The translations under genes were made by a program, and so were the position numbers. A stretch of 64,000 nucleotides of DNA from Synechococcus sp. Its GTDB lineage: Bacteria > Cyanobacteriota > Cyanobacteriia > PCC-6307 > Cyanobiaceae. The DNA is taken from the NCBI GenBank assembly GCA_047284725.1, contig JBJBEO010000001.1, forward strand, positions 32,001 to 96,000, given 5' to 3'. The notes beneath the pieces are model-generated. The model was not told the origin of the DNA, ran no database searches, and was given only the letters and a program-made list of their open reading frames with translations. Below are positions 53,775 through 63,008 of the stretch, piece after piece. How positions within the stretch are numbered: the stretch's first letter is position 1; each line of letters starts with the position of its first letter.

Positions 53775-54896
53775 TCATTTGAAGCGATCCCAGCTGAAGC
53801 TGGGGAGCAGAGCCATGAGGTCGCGGCGTGGGCTGCACCCGCTGACCAGATCGCCGATCAACTCTGCTGTGATGGCTGCCAGCAGGACGCCATTGCGATG
53901 GTGACCGCAGGCGAGCAGTAAGCCCTGAATGGGCCCCATCCCCAGCAGGGGAGCCTCGTCCGGGGTGCAGGGGCGAAATCCCCACCAGCGTTCCATCGGC
54001 GGCCAGTTGACGGCGTCGGGCAGGAGTGAGTGAATGCCGTGGTGAAGCGTGGACTGCCCCTGTGGTGTCAGGCCTTCTCGGAAGCCTGCATCCCGTTCGG
54101 AGGTGGCGCCGACCACCACCAGACCGTCTTCCCTGGGGACGAGGTAGGTGCCAGGGCCGAAAATGATGCGCCGCAGGGCTCCGCGGGGGGTCTGCAGCGA
54201 CAGCATTTGTCCTTTGACTGGGAAGACAGGGAGCTCTGGGAGCAGCTGAGCGCTCCAGGCGCCGCTGCAGAGCACCGCATGGCGTCCCTTCAGCGTCGCT
54301 TCCCTCCCCTCGGAGTCGCGGGTCCGAACGCCTAGGAAAAAGCCGTTGTTTTGCAACAGCTCGAGCACTTCAACCCCTTCCTGGAATTGGACACCTCGGT
54401 CGACGCAGGCACTTTCCAGGGCTCGCATCAGTTGTCGGCGGTTGTCGATCTGACCGTCCTGGGCGAACAGCAGACCTGCTTGCCACTGCGGGGCGAGGCC
54501 CTGCACTTCCTGGTCCAGTTGTCGGCGGTTGAGGGCCTCGCCAAAGGCGGCTGTCGGATAGGCATCCCGTTCCTCCGCGTTGTGCAGCGGCACCACGATT
54601 CCTGTGGAGCGCAGGCCGCAGGGGAGGCCGCTGTCGGCTTCAATCTGAGCCACCCAGCTTGGAATGCGCCCCAGGCTGAGTTGCCCGAGGCGTAGAAGAT
54701 CCCCGCTCAGGCCTTCGGCATGGGGCGCCAGCATGCCGGCCGCCACGAAGCCGGCGGCTTCGCTACGGCGCCTGCTGAGCACGGTCGTCGCCATGCCCCG
54801 CCGTGCCAGTTGGTGGGCGATCGCCAGCCCCATCAGACCACCGCCGAGGATGAACACCGGGTCTTGAGCAGAGCTGCTGGCAGCGGTCATGGGCAA
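53775..54896 (-). CDS. thiO: Glycine oxidase (thiamine biosynthesis)
   Basis: GGGLMG, AAGMLAP, PVKGQM, YLVPR, GFRP, GHHRNGVLLA. Confidence 0.92.
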   Translation of the reverse strand: MPMTAASSSAQDPVFILGGGLMGLAIAHQLARRGMATTVLSRRRSEAAGFVAAGMLAPHAEGLSGDLLRLGQLSLGRIPSWVAQIEADSGLPCGLRSTGIVVPLHNAEERDAYPTAAFGEALNRRQLDQEVQGLAPQWQAGLLFAQDGQIDNRRQLMRALESACVDRGVQFQEGVEVLELLQNNGFFLGVRTRDSEGREATLKGRHAVLCSGAWSAQLLPELPVFPVKGQMLSLQTPRGALRRIIFGPGTYLVPREDGLVVVGATSERDAGFREGLTPQGQSTLHHGIHSLLPDAVNWPPMERWWGFRPCTPDEAPLLGMGPIQGLLLACGHHRNGVLLAAITAELIGDLVSGCSPRRDLMALLPSFSWDRFK

Positions 54897-54989
54897 TGGG
54901 GGGCCGTTGTGCGCACCCAGACAGCTTCCCAGCCTGTCCTGTGGCGCCTTTCCATAGGATTGCCGTGCTCTGAACGATCCTCACAGCGG

Positions 54990-56474
54990 ATGGCGGCACC
55001 TGCAGTAACGGACCAAGCCTGGGAAGCCGTGATTGGTCTGGAGACCCATGTGCAGCTGGGGACCAACAGCAAGATCTTCACCGCTGCCTCCACCACCTTT
55101 GGTGATGACCCCAACACCCATATCGATCCGGTGGTGTGTGGGTTGCCCGGCACGCTGCCGGTGCTGAACAAGAAGGTGCTCGAGTATGCAGTGAAGGCTG
55201 CGATGGCCTTGAACCTCAACATCGCCGAACACAGCAAGTTCGACCGCAAGCAGTACTTCTACCCCGATCTGCCGAAGAACTACCAGATCTCTCAATACGA
55301 CGAACCGATCGCGGAAGAGGGTTGGATCGAGGTTGAGGTGGCTGAGAAAGGGAAAGACACGTATCTGAAAACGATCGGCATCGAGCGCCTGCACATGGAG
55401 GAGGACGCCGGCAAGCTTGTACACGCGGGCAGTGACCGTCTGGCCGGCTCCACTCACTCACTGGTGGATTACAACCGAGCCGGCGTGGCGCTGGCTGAGA
55501 TTGTCAGCAAGCCCGATCTGCGCACCGGCCGCGAAGCGGCGGAATATGCCTCGGAAATCCGCCGGATCATGCGTTATCTGGGGGTGAGTGACGGAAACAT
55601 GCAGGAGGGCTCCCTGCGTTGCGACGTGAACATCTCCGTGCGTCGGGGACCGGATGCGCCCTTCGGCACGAAGGTGGAGATCAAGAACATGAACTCCTTC
55701 TCGGCGATTCAGAAAGCCTGCGACTACGAGATTCAGCGTCAGATCAAGGCCTATGAAAGCGGTGAGGCCATCGTGCAGGAAACCCGTCTGTGGGATGAGG
55801 GCAAGCAGCTCACCAAGAGCATGCGCAGCAAGGAGGGAGCCAGCGATTACCGCTATTTCCCTGATCCTGATCTCGGTCCTATTGAGGTGAGTGCGGCCCT
55901 GCGTGAGGGCTGGCGGGCTGAACTGCCTGAACTCCCGGCCGCCAAGCGCCACCGTTATGCCGAGGAGTTCGGTCTCTCGCAGTACGACGCCCGGGTTCTC
56001 ACCGACGAACGGCCGATGGCCGACTACTTCGAGGCGGTTGTGGGCGCTGGCGCTGACGCCAAGCTTGCGGCGAACTGGATCACCGGCGACATCGCTGCCC
56101 ACGTGAACAGCAACCGCCTCAGCTATGCCGAACTGCCCTTCCGGCCTGAGCAGTTGGCCGAGATGGTGAAGCTGATCGATGGCGGCAAGATCAGCGGCAA
56201 GATCGCCAAGGAGATCCTGCCGGAGCTGCTCGACAAAGGCGGCTCACCCAAGGCGATCGTGGACGAGCGTGGTCTCGGCATGATCAGTGACCCTGCCGCG
56301 ATCACGGCCATCGTGGATGAGTTGCTGGCGGCCCATCCCGCTGAGGTGGAAGCGTTCCGGGGCGGCAAGAACAAATTGCAGGGCTTCTTCGTGGGTCAGC
56401 TGATGAAACAGACCGGCGGCAAGGCCGACCCTAAATTGGCGAACCAGATCCTCAGTCAGAAGCTCAAAGGTTGA
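54990..56474 (+). CDS. gatB: Asp-tRNA(Asn)/Glu-tRNA(Gln) amidotransferase subunit B
   Basis: IGLETHVQL, RKQYFYPDLPKNYQISQ, HMEEDAGK, DYRYFPDPDL. Confidence 0.98.
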   Translation: MAAPAVTDQAWEAVIGLETHVQLGTNSKIFTAASTTFGDDPNTHIDPVVCGLPGTLPVLNKKVLEYAVKAAMALNLNIAEHSKFDRKQYFYPDLPKNYQISQYDEPIAEEGWIEVEVAEKGKDTYLKTIGIERLHMEEDAGKLVHAGSDRLAGSTHSLVDYNRAGVALAEIVSKPDLRTGREAAEYASEIRRIMRYLGVSDGNMQEGSLRCDVNISVRRGPDAPFGTKVEIKNMNSFSAIQKACDYEIQRQIKAYESGEAIVQETRLWDEGKQLTKSMRSKEGASDYRYFPDPDLGPIEVSAALREGWRAELPELPAAKRHRYAEEFGLSQYDARVLTDERPMADYFEAVVGAGADAKLAANWITGDIAAHVNSNRLSYAELPFRPEQLAEMVKLIDGGKISGKIAKEILPELLDKGGSPKAIVDERGLGMISDPAAITAIVDELLAAHPAEVEAFRGGKNKLQGFFVGQLMKQTGGKADPKLANQILSQKLKG

Positions 56475-56520
56475 CCTGGCTCCTCTCATCCAGGAGGGTC
56501 TCCAGGCCTTGAAGCCATGA

Positions 56521-57168
56521 TCAGCCGAGCTGGTCCAGCTGCTCGCGGATCTGGGTTTGCCAGCGCTCAGGCTGGCTCCGGTTATCGAGCACCAGATCCG
56601 CAAGCTTGCATTTCTCGCTCAATGGCCATTGGGCCTGGATGCGTGCGCGCGCTGCAGCGTCATCCAATCCGTCTCTCTGTTGAAGACGCTCGAGCTGTTG
56701 CTCCGGGGTGCAGTTCACCACCCAGATTTCAGAGCAGAGCCCTGAAAGGCCAGCCTCGAAGAGGAGGGGAATCATCAGTACCACCGCCTCAGCCTGGCGG
56801 TGCTGCCTGAGTTCCTGGTCGAAGCGCTCACGCACCAATGGGTGCACCAGTTGCTCCAGCCATCGCCGTTCGCTGGGGTTGTTGAACACGATTTGGCCTA
56901 AGGCTCGGCGGTTGATGCTTCGGTTGACAGGGCTTGCCGTTGCGTTCTGGCTGGTTGTGTCGGCTTCGACCTGGGCCCCGTAGCGATCCAGGACCGTCTC
57001 GGAGGCTGGGCTGCCTGGCGCCAGTGCGTCGTGGGCATAACGATCCGCATCCAAGACCGGTAATTGGTGGACGGCCAGGTATCGGCCCACGCTGCTTTTG
57101 CCGCTGGCAATGCCGCCCGTGAGCCCGATACGCCGCTGCGCTCCTTGATGATGGGGCGTTGCGCTCAC
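56521..57168 (-). CDS. coaE: Dephospho-CoA kinase
   Basis: IGLTGGIASGKS, DAD, HPLVR, IPLLFE. Confidence 0.95.
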   Translation of the reverse strand: MSATPHHQGAQRRIGLTGGIASGKSSVGRYLAVHQLPVLDADRYAHDALAPGSPASETVLDRYGAQVEADTTSQNATASPVNRSINRRALGQIVFNNPSERRWLEQLVHPLVRERFDQELRQHRQAEAVVLMIPLLFEAGLSGLCSEIWVVNCTPEQQLERLQQRDGLDDAAARARIQAQWPLSEKCKLADLVLDNRSQPERWQTQIREQLDQLG

Positions 57169-57272
57169 GGGCTTCTCAAGGGCATCTGGGCTCAGTCTGT
57201 CGTGGTGGCACTACGGCAGGCAGATGGATGGCTTTTGAATAGGAGGTGTGGTTCGTCTTGCCTTCAGCTTCG

Positions 57273-58508
57273 ATGGCGCAATCTGTTCGCTGGACTCCCA
57301 TCGGTGGGGGCATCACCGCTCCTGACGGCTTTCAGGCGGAGGGGCTGACCGCAGGGCTCAAGGCCTCAGGGAAACCCGATTTATCGCTCCTGCTCGCTCC
57401 TGAAGGCGCTGTGTGCGCCGGCACGTTCACCACATCGGTGGTGAGGGCGGCGTGTGTTGATCTCTGTGCAGACCGGTTGCGGGACAGCGGCGGGCTGGCG
57501 CGGGCTGTGGTGACCAATTCCGGACAGGCCAATGCCTGCACGGGCGATCGAGGCCTCATCGACAGCCTGCGGGCGACGCAGGCCGTGGCGGATCGTCTGG
57601 GCCTCCCACCGGAAGCGGTGTTGATCTGTTCCACAGGAGTGATTGGTGTGCCGATTGCCATGGACACCCTTCTGGCGGCTGTGGATCCATTGGTGGAGGG
57701 CCTTGCAACGGACCGAGGTGCTGCAGCTGCAGAGGCCATCCTCACCACTGATCTGGTTGACAAACAGATCGCCCTGGAGGCCGAGTTGGCAGGGCGCAGG
57801 GTCCGTGTGGCCGGGATGGCCAAGGGATCGGGAATGATTCATCCCGACATGGCCACGATGTTGGGCTACCTCACCTGTGATGTCGGCGTGCCTGCGGAGG
57901 TGTGGCAAGCGATGGTGAGCCGGGCGGTGAATCGCTCGTTCAACGCGATCACCGTCGACGGTGATACCAGCACGAACGACACGTTTCTGGCTTTTGCGGC
58001 AGGCGATCCTCTACCAGACACGGCGTTGGAAGGGCTTGAGCAAGGGGTCACGCTTGTGGCTCAACATCTGGCGCGGGCGATCGCCCGCGATGGTGAGGGT
58101 GCAACCTGTTTGATTGAGGTGGACGTGGAGGGGACGGCCAGTGAGTCCGATGCGTTGCAGATGGCACGCACTGTGTGTGGTTCCTCCTTGGTGAAGACCG
58201 CTGTTCATGGTCATGACCCCAACTGGGGGCGCATTGTTGCGGCGGCCGGTCGCGCCGGTGTGCCCTTTGACCCTGCTTCCGTTGCCCTGTGGCTTGGCAC
58301 CCATCAGCTGATGGCCTCAGGCGAGCCCATGGTGTTTGACCGATCCGCCGCCTCGGCGTACCTGCAGGCTTGCGTTGAAGGGGCCTATCTCGAGAATGAC
58401 TGCGTTTGTATTCGTCTCAAGGTGGGTGATGGCCCTGGTCGGGCCAAAGCCTGGGGATGTGATCTTTCGGATCAATATGTGCGCATCAACGCCGATTACA
58501 CCACTTGA
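57273..58508 (+). CDS. argJ: Bifunctional glutamate N-acetyltransferase / amino-acid acetyltransferase
   Basis: NSGQANA, KGSGMIHPDMATML, DTSTND, DGEGAT, DPNWGRI, GCDLS..YVRINADYTT. Confidence 0.97.
   Translation: MAQSVRWTPIGGGITAPDGFQAEGLTAGLKASGKPDLSLLLAPEGAVCAGTFTTSVVRAACVDLCADRLRDSGGLARAVVTNSGQANACTGDRGLIDSLRATQAVADRLGLPPEAVLICSTGVIGVPIAMDTLLAAVDPLVEGLATDRGAAAAEAILTTDLVDKQIALEAELAGRRVRVAGMAKGSGMIHPDMATMLGYLTCDVGVPAEVWQAMVSRAVNRSFNAITVDGDTSTNDTFLAFAAGDPLPDTALEGLEQGVTLVAQHLARAIARDGEGATCLIEVDVEGTASESDALQMARTVCGSSLVKTAVHGHDPNWGRIVAAAGRAGVPFDPASVALWLGTHQLMASGEPMVFDRSAASAYLQACVEGAYLENDCVCIRLKVGDGPGRAKAWGCDLSDQYVRINADYTT
58484..58501 (+). repeat. Left att-like direct repeat (inside the argJ 3' end)
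   Basis: CATCAACGCCGATTACAC; 17/18 identical to 63009-63026. Confidence 0.85.
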
Positions 58509-59642
58509 GGTCCACGTCGTCAGTAGAGCGTTGTGGTTGCGAGAGGGTTGAGAGATTGTCAGAGGGCACATGTAGGGCTGATTGTTCCAGGTGCCTAACG
58601 TAATTTGAGGTATTACGATTCAGTTGATTGGCACAAATGGGTGCAGTGAATGCTCTTTTCAAGGGCTAAGTAGCATGAAAATGCCAGATAGGGTGCTTCC
58701 CTTTTCTTGAGAGGAGGTTGGTTTAATGCTTTGCCTTGATAAGGCAGATAAGAATCGTAAGGAGTGTGGCTGCGGGCACGGATGCGTCAGCGTGAAAGAC
58801 CTTGATGTTTGTGAGATTGGTATCTTTGCGGTGATGCTTATCTTGTGATTGCTCAGCTGCTTTCTGCGCTCTCTCCCAAGGATGTTGATCGGTTTGATTG
58901 CATGTTTCATTAAGCAATGTGCTGATGTTGATCCAGCATCTGTTGTCGATGACGACGGCCACTCCAGGTTGATTGGTCACACACCTGCTGATCTAAAATG
59001 GTGCTGCAAAGGTAAATACAATTACGTAATTCTTGAAGAGTAGAGAAGATGCAAGTGGCTGATCTTCTAGCACTTGTCGAGTTGTCTATGAAGCAGGAAA
59101 ACCAGGAAACTCTGGATCTTGTTGATGACGATGCCGCCAACTTGCACGTCGGTAGATTTCCGATCTTTTTCTGGGCACTGCTTAAGCCACAGGTTGCTGG
59201 TGATCTCCCGATGGGTGGTCGCCGATGACTGTCCAGGTAAGTGTCAAGCAGCAATCACTGATCAAGCAGACCATCCAGAGGATGCCATTGATCACGATCT
59301 CCAACACTTCAAGAAGCATCGGTATCAGATCCGCTGACAACTCAGCGGACAAGAGCACCAACACGGCAGAAAGCGACCTGCCCACAACAGCAGCAGACGA
59401 CTACCTGACGCCTATTGAGAGGTGTCACGGCGCTGCTCTGATCTAACGCCTTCGGCAACGTCAGCAAGAGTCGTTCGAGCGGGGCATCGTTAAGGCAAGA
59501 CGCCTCTGCAACGCAGGTCGCTGAATGAGTTTTCGACGCTTCCGCTCGGTGACGAAGGACTCACTGAATCGCTGGGAGGGGAATGGGGCAGTGAAGCGAG
59601 GAGAGAAGTCACCGTAAAATCGGTACAGGTGAGAGATGCGTT

Positions 59643-60653
59643 GTGAATCAAGAGGAGATGACGCAGCAGGTCCAGGCTGCAGTGCAGGCATATCAGGGCA
59701 AGGATCTTGATCGTGCTGAGGCAATGTTTAAGCAGATTCTTTCTGTTAACGCAAAAGAGCCGACTTCCTTACATCTTCTTGGCTGTATTTATAGTGAGCG
59801 TGGGCAACTGCAGCAGGCTGTTGAGTTCATCCAGGCATCGATTCGAGAAGATGATAGCAACCCAATGCCAATCCTCGATTTGGGGAAGATTCTTTTTATT
59901 GCTGGACAGCATGAGAATGCAGCGGCTGTCTTCCAGGAGTCATTGAAGAGAAACCAGGAGATCCCTGAGGCTTGGTTTTGCTTGGGCAATGCCCTTAAGG
60001 AGATTGTGAAAACAGAAGAAGCCAAACAGGCATATCGACATGCGTTGACATTGAATCCAGCTCATATTGGAGCCGCATCGAACTTGGGATGTCTGCTCGC
60101 CGATGATGGTGAATTGGCAGAAGCCGAGGAATTGCTTTTAAAAGCCTTGGAGCATGCTCCAAATAATGTGTATCTTAGAATTAATTATGGTAAGTTGTTG
60201 TCTGAGAAGGATCAGCATATTACAGCGATTGAGCAGTATCGTTTTGCGCTGTCGCTTGCTCCTCGTTCGTCTGAGCTGCACTACAATTTTGCTGACTCAT
60301 TGAATGAAGAGGGGGAGGTAGAGGAGGCGATCGCAAGTTATCGGAAAGCGATCGAGCTGAAGCCAGATTTTGCAGATGCGTATTTGAATTTGGGTAATGT
60401 GTTGAAAGAAGAGGGAGAGGTAGAGGAAGCGATCGTAAGTTATCGGAAAGCAATCGAACTGAGGCCAGATTTTGCAGATGCGTATCTGAATTTGGATAAT
60501 GTGTTGAAGGAAGAGGGGAAAGCGGTTGAGGCGCGCGAGCTGTTGAAATATGCCTATCAAGCTACGCCTTCTTTAGCAAGCAATCTTGCATTGGTTGCGA
60601 GGATTTCTTCTATGGGACAAGATATTGCTGAATCCATTTTCAACCCTCATTAG
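59643..60653 (+). CDS. Tetratricopeptide repeat protein
   Basis: Serial 34-aa TPR units (e.g. ADAYLNLGNVLKEEGEVEEAIVSYRKAIELRPDF); no catalytic domain seen. Confidence 0.9.
   Translation: MNQEEMTQQVQAAVQAYQGKDLDRAEAMFKQILSVNAKEPTSLHLLGCIYSERGQLQQAVEFIQASIREDDSNPMPILDLGKILFIAGQHENAAAVFQESLKRNQEIPEAWFCLGNALKEIVKTEEAKQAYRHALTLNPAHIGAASNLGCLLADDGELAEAEELLLKALEHAPNNVYLRINYGKLLSEKDQHITAIEQYRFALSLAPRSSELHYNFADSLNEEGEVEEAIASYRKAIELKPDFADAYLNLGNVLKEEGEVEEAIVSYRKAIELRPDFADAYLNLDNVLKEEGKAVEARELLKYAYQATPSLASNLALVARISSMGQDIAESIFNPH
60306..60518 (+). repeat. 102-bp near-identical tandem repeat (TPR unit duplication)
   Basis: Units 60306-60407 and 60408-60509, plus the start of a third (GAAGAGGGG). Confidence 0.9.
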
Positions 60654-61666
60654 GCATTGTGTGACGAGGTCTCTATCAAGGCTATTTCCATATCAATTGA
60701 CTTGATAAGAGCCTTTGTTGTGTCATTTAAGTGGACGCTTAATTGGCTTTTGAGTTTATTTCTTTGGGCTATGTTGGCTTGCTGTAGTGTTTGTATTATG
60801 CTTGATGTCGTGCTCTCGCTAATTCCATGCTTTTGGGTAATTGAACAGAAAAAAGCCACGGGAAGTTTCCTCGAAGTTGAGCCTAAAGGCAGCGCTGGGA
60901 TTGTAAGAGTATTTTGTTTGAGTGATATCTTTTTGTCCGTTGATTCGATTCCTTCTTGGCCGCCTTCTATTCTTATTGTTGGCCCTCTATCGCCTATCTT
61001 GATCTCTGCGGGAAGTGAATATGCGAAGAATTCATGACTTGCAAAGCCATAACTAAAAAACATGTCCATGGGGCTTGTTTTGAGTCTGTATGCATGGAGA
61101 ATTTCATTGGTTGTGCATTCTGTTGGATCGTTTGGTGTTTCTGCTCCAATTCTTGATACTTTGAAGGGGCTTGCGAATGGGCTGTGGTTGACGAGCTCCC
61201 AGATCGGTGCCAAGGCAGATTGATTTTTATATCTTACGTGCCTTGATTCTATAAATCTTTGCAGCGAAATCTGCAGGCTTGGCTTGGACATGAAGGGATC
61301 GTAAGTCCATAGCTTGTTTTCATTAAGGGAGATTTTCACTTCTTCGGGTATTTGATTCATTTCTCTGAGAAACTTTGTTGCCTCTTCTTCTCCGGATTCT
61401 CCCCAGGAAAAGTTTTGATAGTAAGTTTCTATAAACTCTCTTGCTTCTGGCGTGTGGTCGGACTCTGCTTTAAGCCGAAATTCTCCGGAAGTCAGGATGA
61501 CGTCGTCCACTTTTGCCAAAAGATGTGGTGGGCAAAGGATTCGGGGCTTGTCGTTGTTGCCTTCCCTGAATAATCCTCTGCCGTTGTCGCCATCTCGACA
61601 GATCAGATTGTCAACAATTCCGCCTAGCTTGATGAATTCATTTTTGAAATAATCCCAATTGCTCAT
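60650..61666 (-). CDS. Putative SET-domain protein methyltransferase (Rubisco-LSMT/SETD3-like)
   Basis: NGRGLF near the N-terminus, LAPIWELVNHS, then EILHAY...MFFSYGF; start ATG 61666 (MSNWDYF); AT-rich. Confidence 0.65.
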   Translation of the reverse strand: MSNWDYFKNEFIKLGGIVDNLICRDGDNGRGLFREGNNDKPRILCPPHLLAKVDDVILTSGEFRLKAESDHTPEAREFIETYYQNFSWGESGEEEATKFLREMNQIPEEVKISLNENKLWTYDPFMSKPSLQISLQRFIESRHVRYKNQSALAPIWELVNHSPFASPFKVSRIGAETPNDPTECTTNEILHAYRLKTSPMDMFFSYGFASHEFFAYSLPAEIKIGDRGPTIRIEGGQEGIESTDKKISLKQNTLTIPALPLGSTSRKLPVAFFCSITQKHGISESTTSSIIQTLQQANIAQRNKLKSQLSVHLNDTTKALIKSIDMEIALIETSSHNA

Positions 61667-61727
61667 CTTGTAATGCGTGCCTGCCTGGTTTGTCTGAGAG
61701 CTTATGTGAAATCGATGCCAACCTTGC

Positions 61728-62074
61728 TTGGTTGTCGTCACTTTGGCGCCTCGGGCGATCGGCTCTACTCTCCTCGGCAGTCAGGCATCCACGTCCGTAC
61801 CTTTGATGGTCTGATCCACGCTCGTTCTCTCGGGAAGATGGCAGCACTGGTCGTGGTACTACTCATGAGTCTTGCGAGGTTGAGACGGAGCTGATCAGGG
61901 AAAGGACGCTGGATTTTATTGCTCATCGCAAGAGCACTGGCGGATCCCTTGGGGGACGTCCCAGGACCAGTTAGCCAAGAAAAGGTCTGGTGCTTCCCTA
62001 CGGACGTCTTGTGACTCTTACAGAGTGATCCGAGAGAAGACAGGCTTGGTCTCGCCACCATCAGAAGGATCCTG
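61728..62074 (+). pseudogene. Serine recombinase (resolvase/invertase) relic
   Basis: Across frameshifts: LVVVTL-RLGRS, GIHVRTFDGLI, LGKMAALVV.LL.SLA-EVETELIRERT, GGSLGGRP, DSYRVIREKTG-GLATIRRIL (HTH). Internal stop; catalytic-Ser N-terminus absent. Confidence 0.8.
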
Positions 62075-62096
62075 TGGCGTCGGAGGCAGTGACCAT

Positions 62097-62914
62097 TTAG
62101 GTGTCTCCTATCCAGGTTCCCTCCATCCAGTCATTGCCGATGGCTGTCTTCAGGCCTATGCGTTCTGTGGAGAGTTGTCAGTGGCATCCCACGCTCCAAG
62201 ACAAGCGTGATGAAGGTGTGGCTGAAGGAAGACCAGGGGAGAGTTTTCCTGAGTGGTTGTCGATCTTCCTGAGGTTGTTGAAGTCGCCTTCAGGCCACTG
62301 AGCAAGTCCTGCTTCGACCATCGCCTCGAAGTGACCATCTCTTCAAAGGTGATCGCTCAGGGGTTTCCCCGTCTTCCTGTTGGTGAAGAGCAGATTGCTC
62401 TTGGACGTGGGTTGCGTGTTCTTTCTCGGTTGACGACGGTGCGCCACGACTGGTGCTGAGAACTCATGCCAACGACCTGTCTTGGTGTTTTCCGCTGCCA
62501 CCTCGATCGACACCACACATTTTGGTCTTCAGTGCTGAGGGTTGGGTTGGCACTGACGTGTGACCACCTCATCTGACGTCGAGATCCGCATCGTGAGCTC
62601 GAGCATTTGCCTGGGCTCCAGCTGTTGCCTCGCCCGTGCCAACTGCTGATGCCTTTGCCCTTGTTGGGACCCCTGGAGATGGGGTGAAATCCCAAGGGTT
62701 TGCCGTCCTTATTGAATCTGCTGACGCCCTTGCTCCAAGACAGACCTGCTGGTGTCGAACCAGGGATGAACCGATTGGGTTTCTTCAGTGAGAAGCGATG
62801 CCTCTTGCCTCTCTTCTTATTCAGGAAGTCAAGACACCACTTGCCGTGACGCCGCCCATCTCTAAAGACATCAGCGTTGTGAGCACGCCCTCCTTGGAGG
62901 TCGCACCGATTCAC
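62097..62914 (-). pseudogene. Tyrosine recombinase / phage-integrase relic
   Basis: Across frameshifts: QMRWSHV, IEVAAENTKTGRW, LLFTNRKTGKPLS, WSSFSHTFITLVLERGMPL (degenerate YSFRHT box). Internal stop and apparent deletions. Confidence 0.75.
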
Positions 62915-63008
62915 AGCCTTCGTGTTGGCAGCGGCGCTTTTGCTGATACCTCTGAAGTATCGACCTGGAGGACATTGTCTCCAGCACTAGGAAACCTAGA
63001 TACGTATC

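Noticed and set aside
60306..60518. CRISPR-like array
   Set aside because: Units are 102 bp, in frame and without spacers; this is a TPR coding repeat.
62357..62914. 185-aa minus-strand ORF as a real gene (also 61673-61894 on +)
   Set aside because: These are mixed-frame fragments of the integrase and resolvase pseudogenes.
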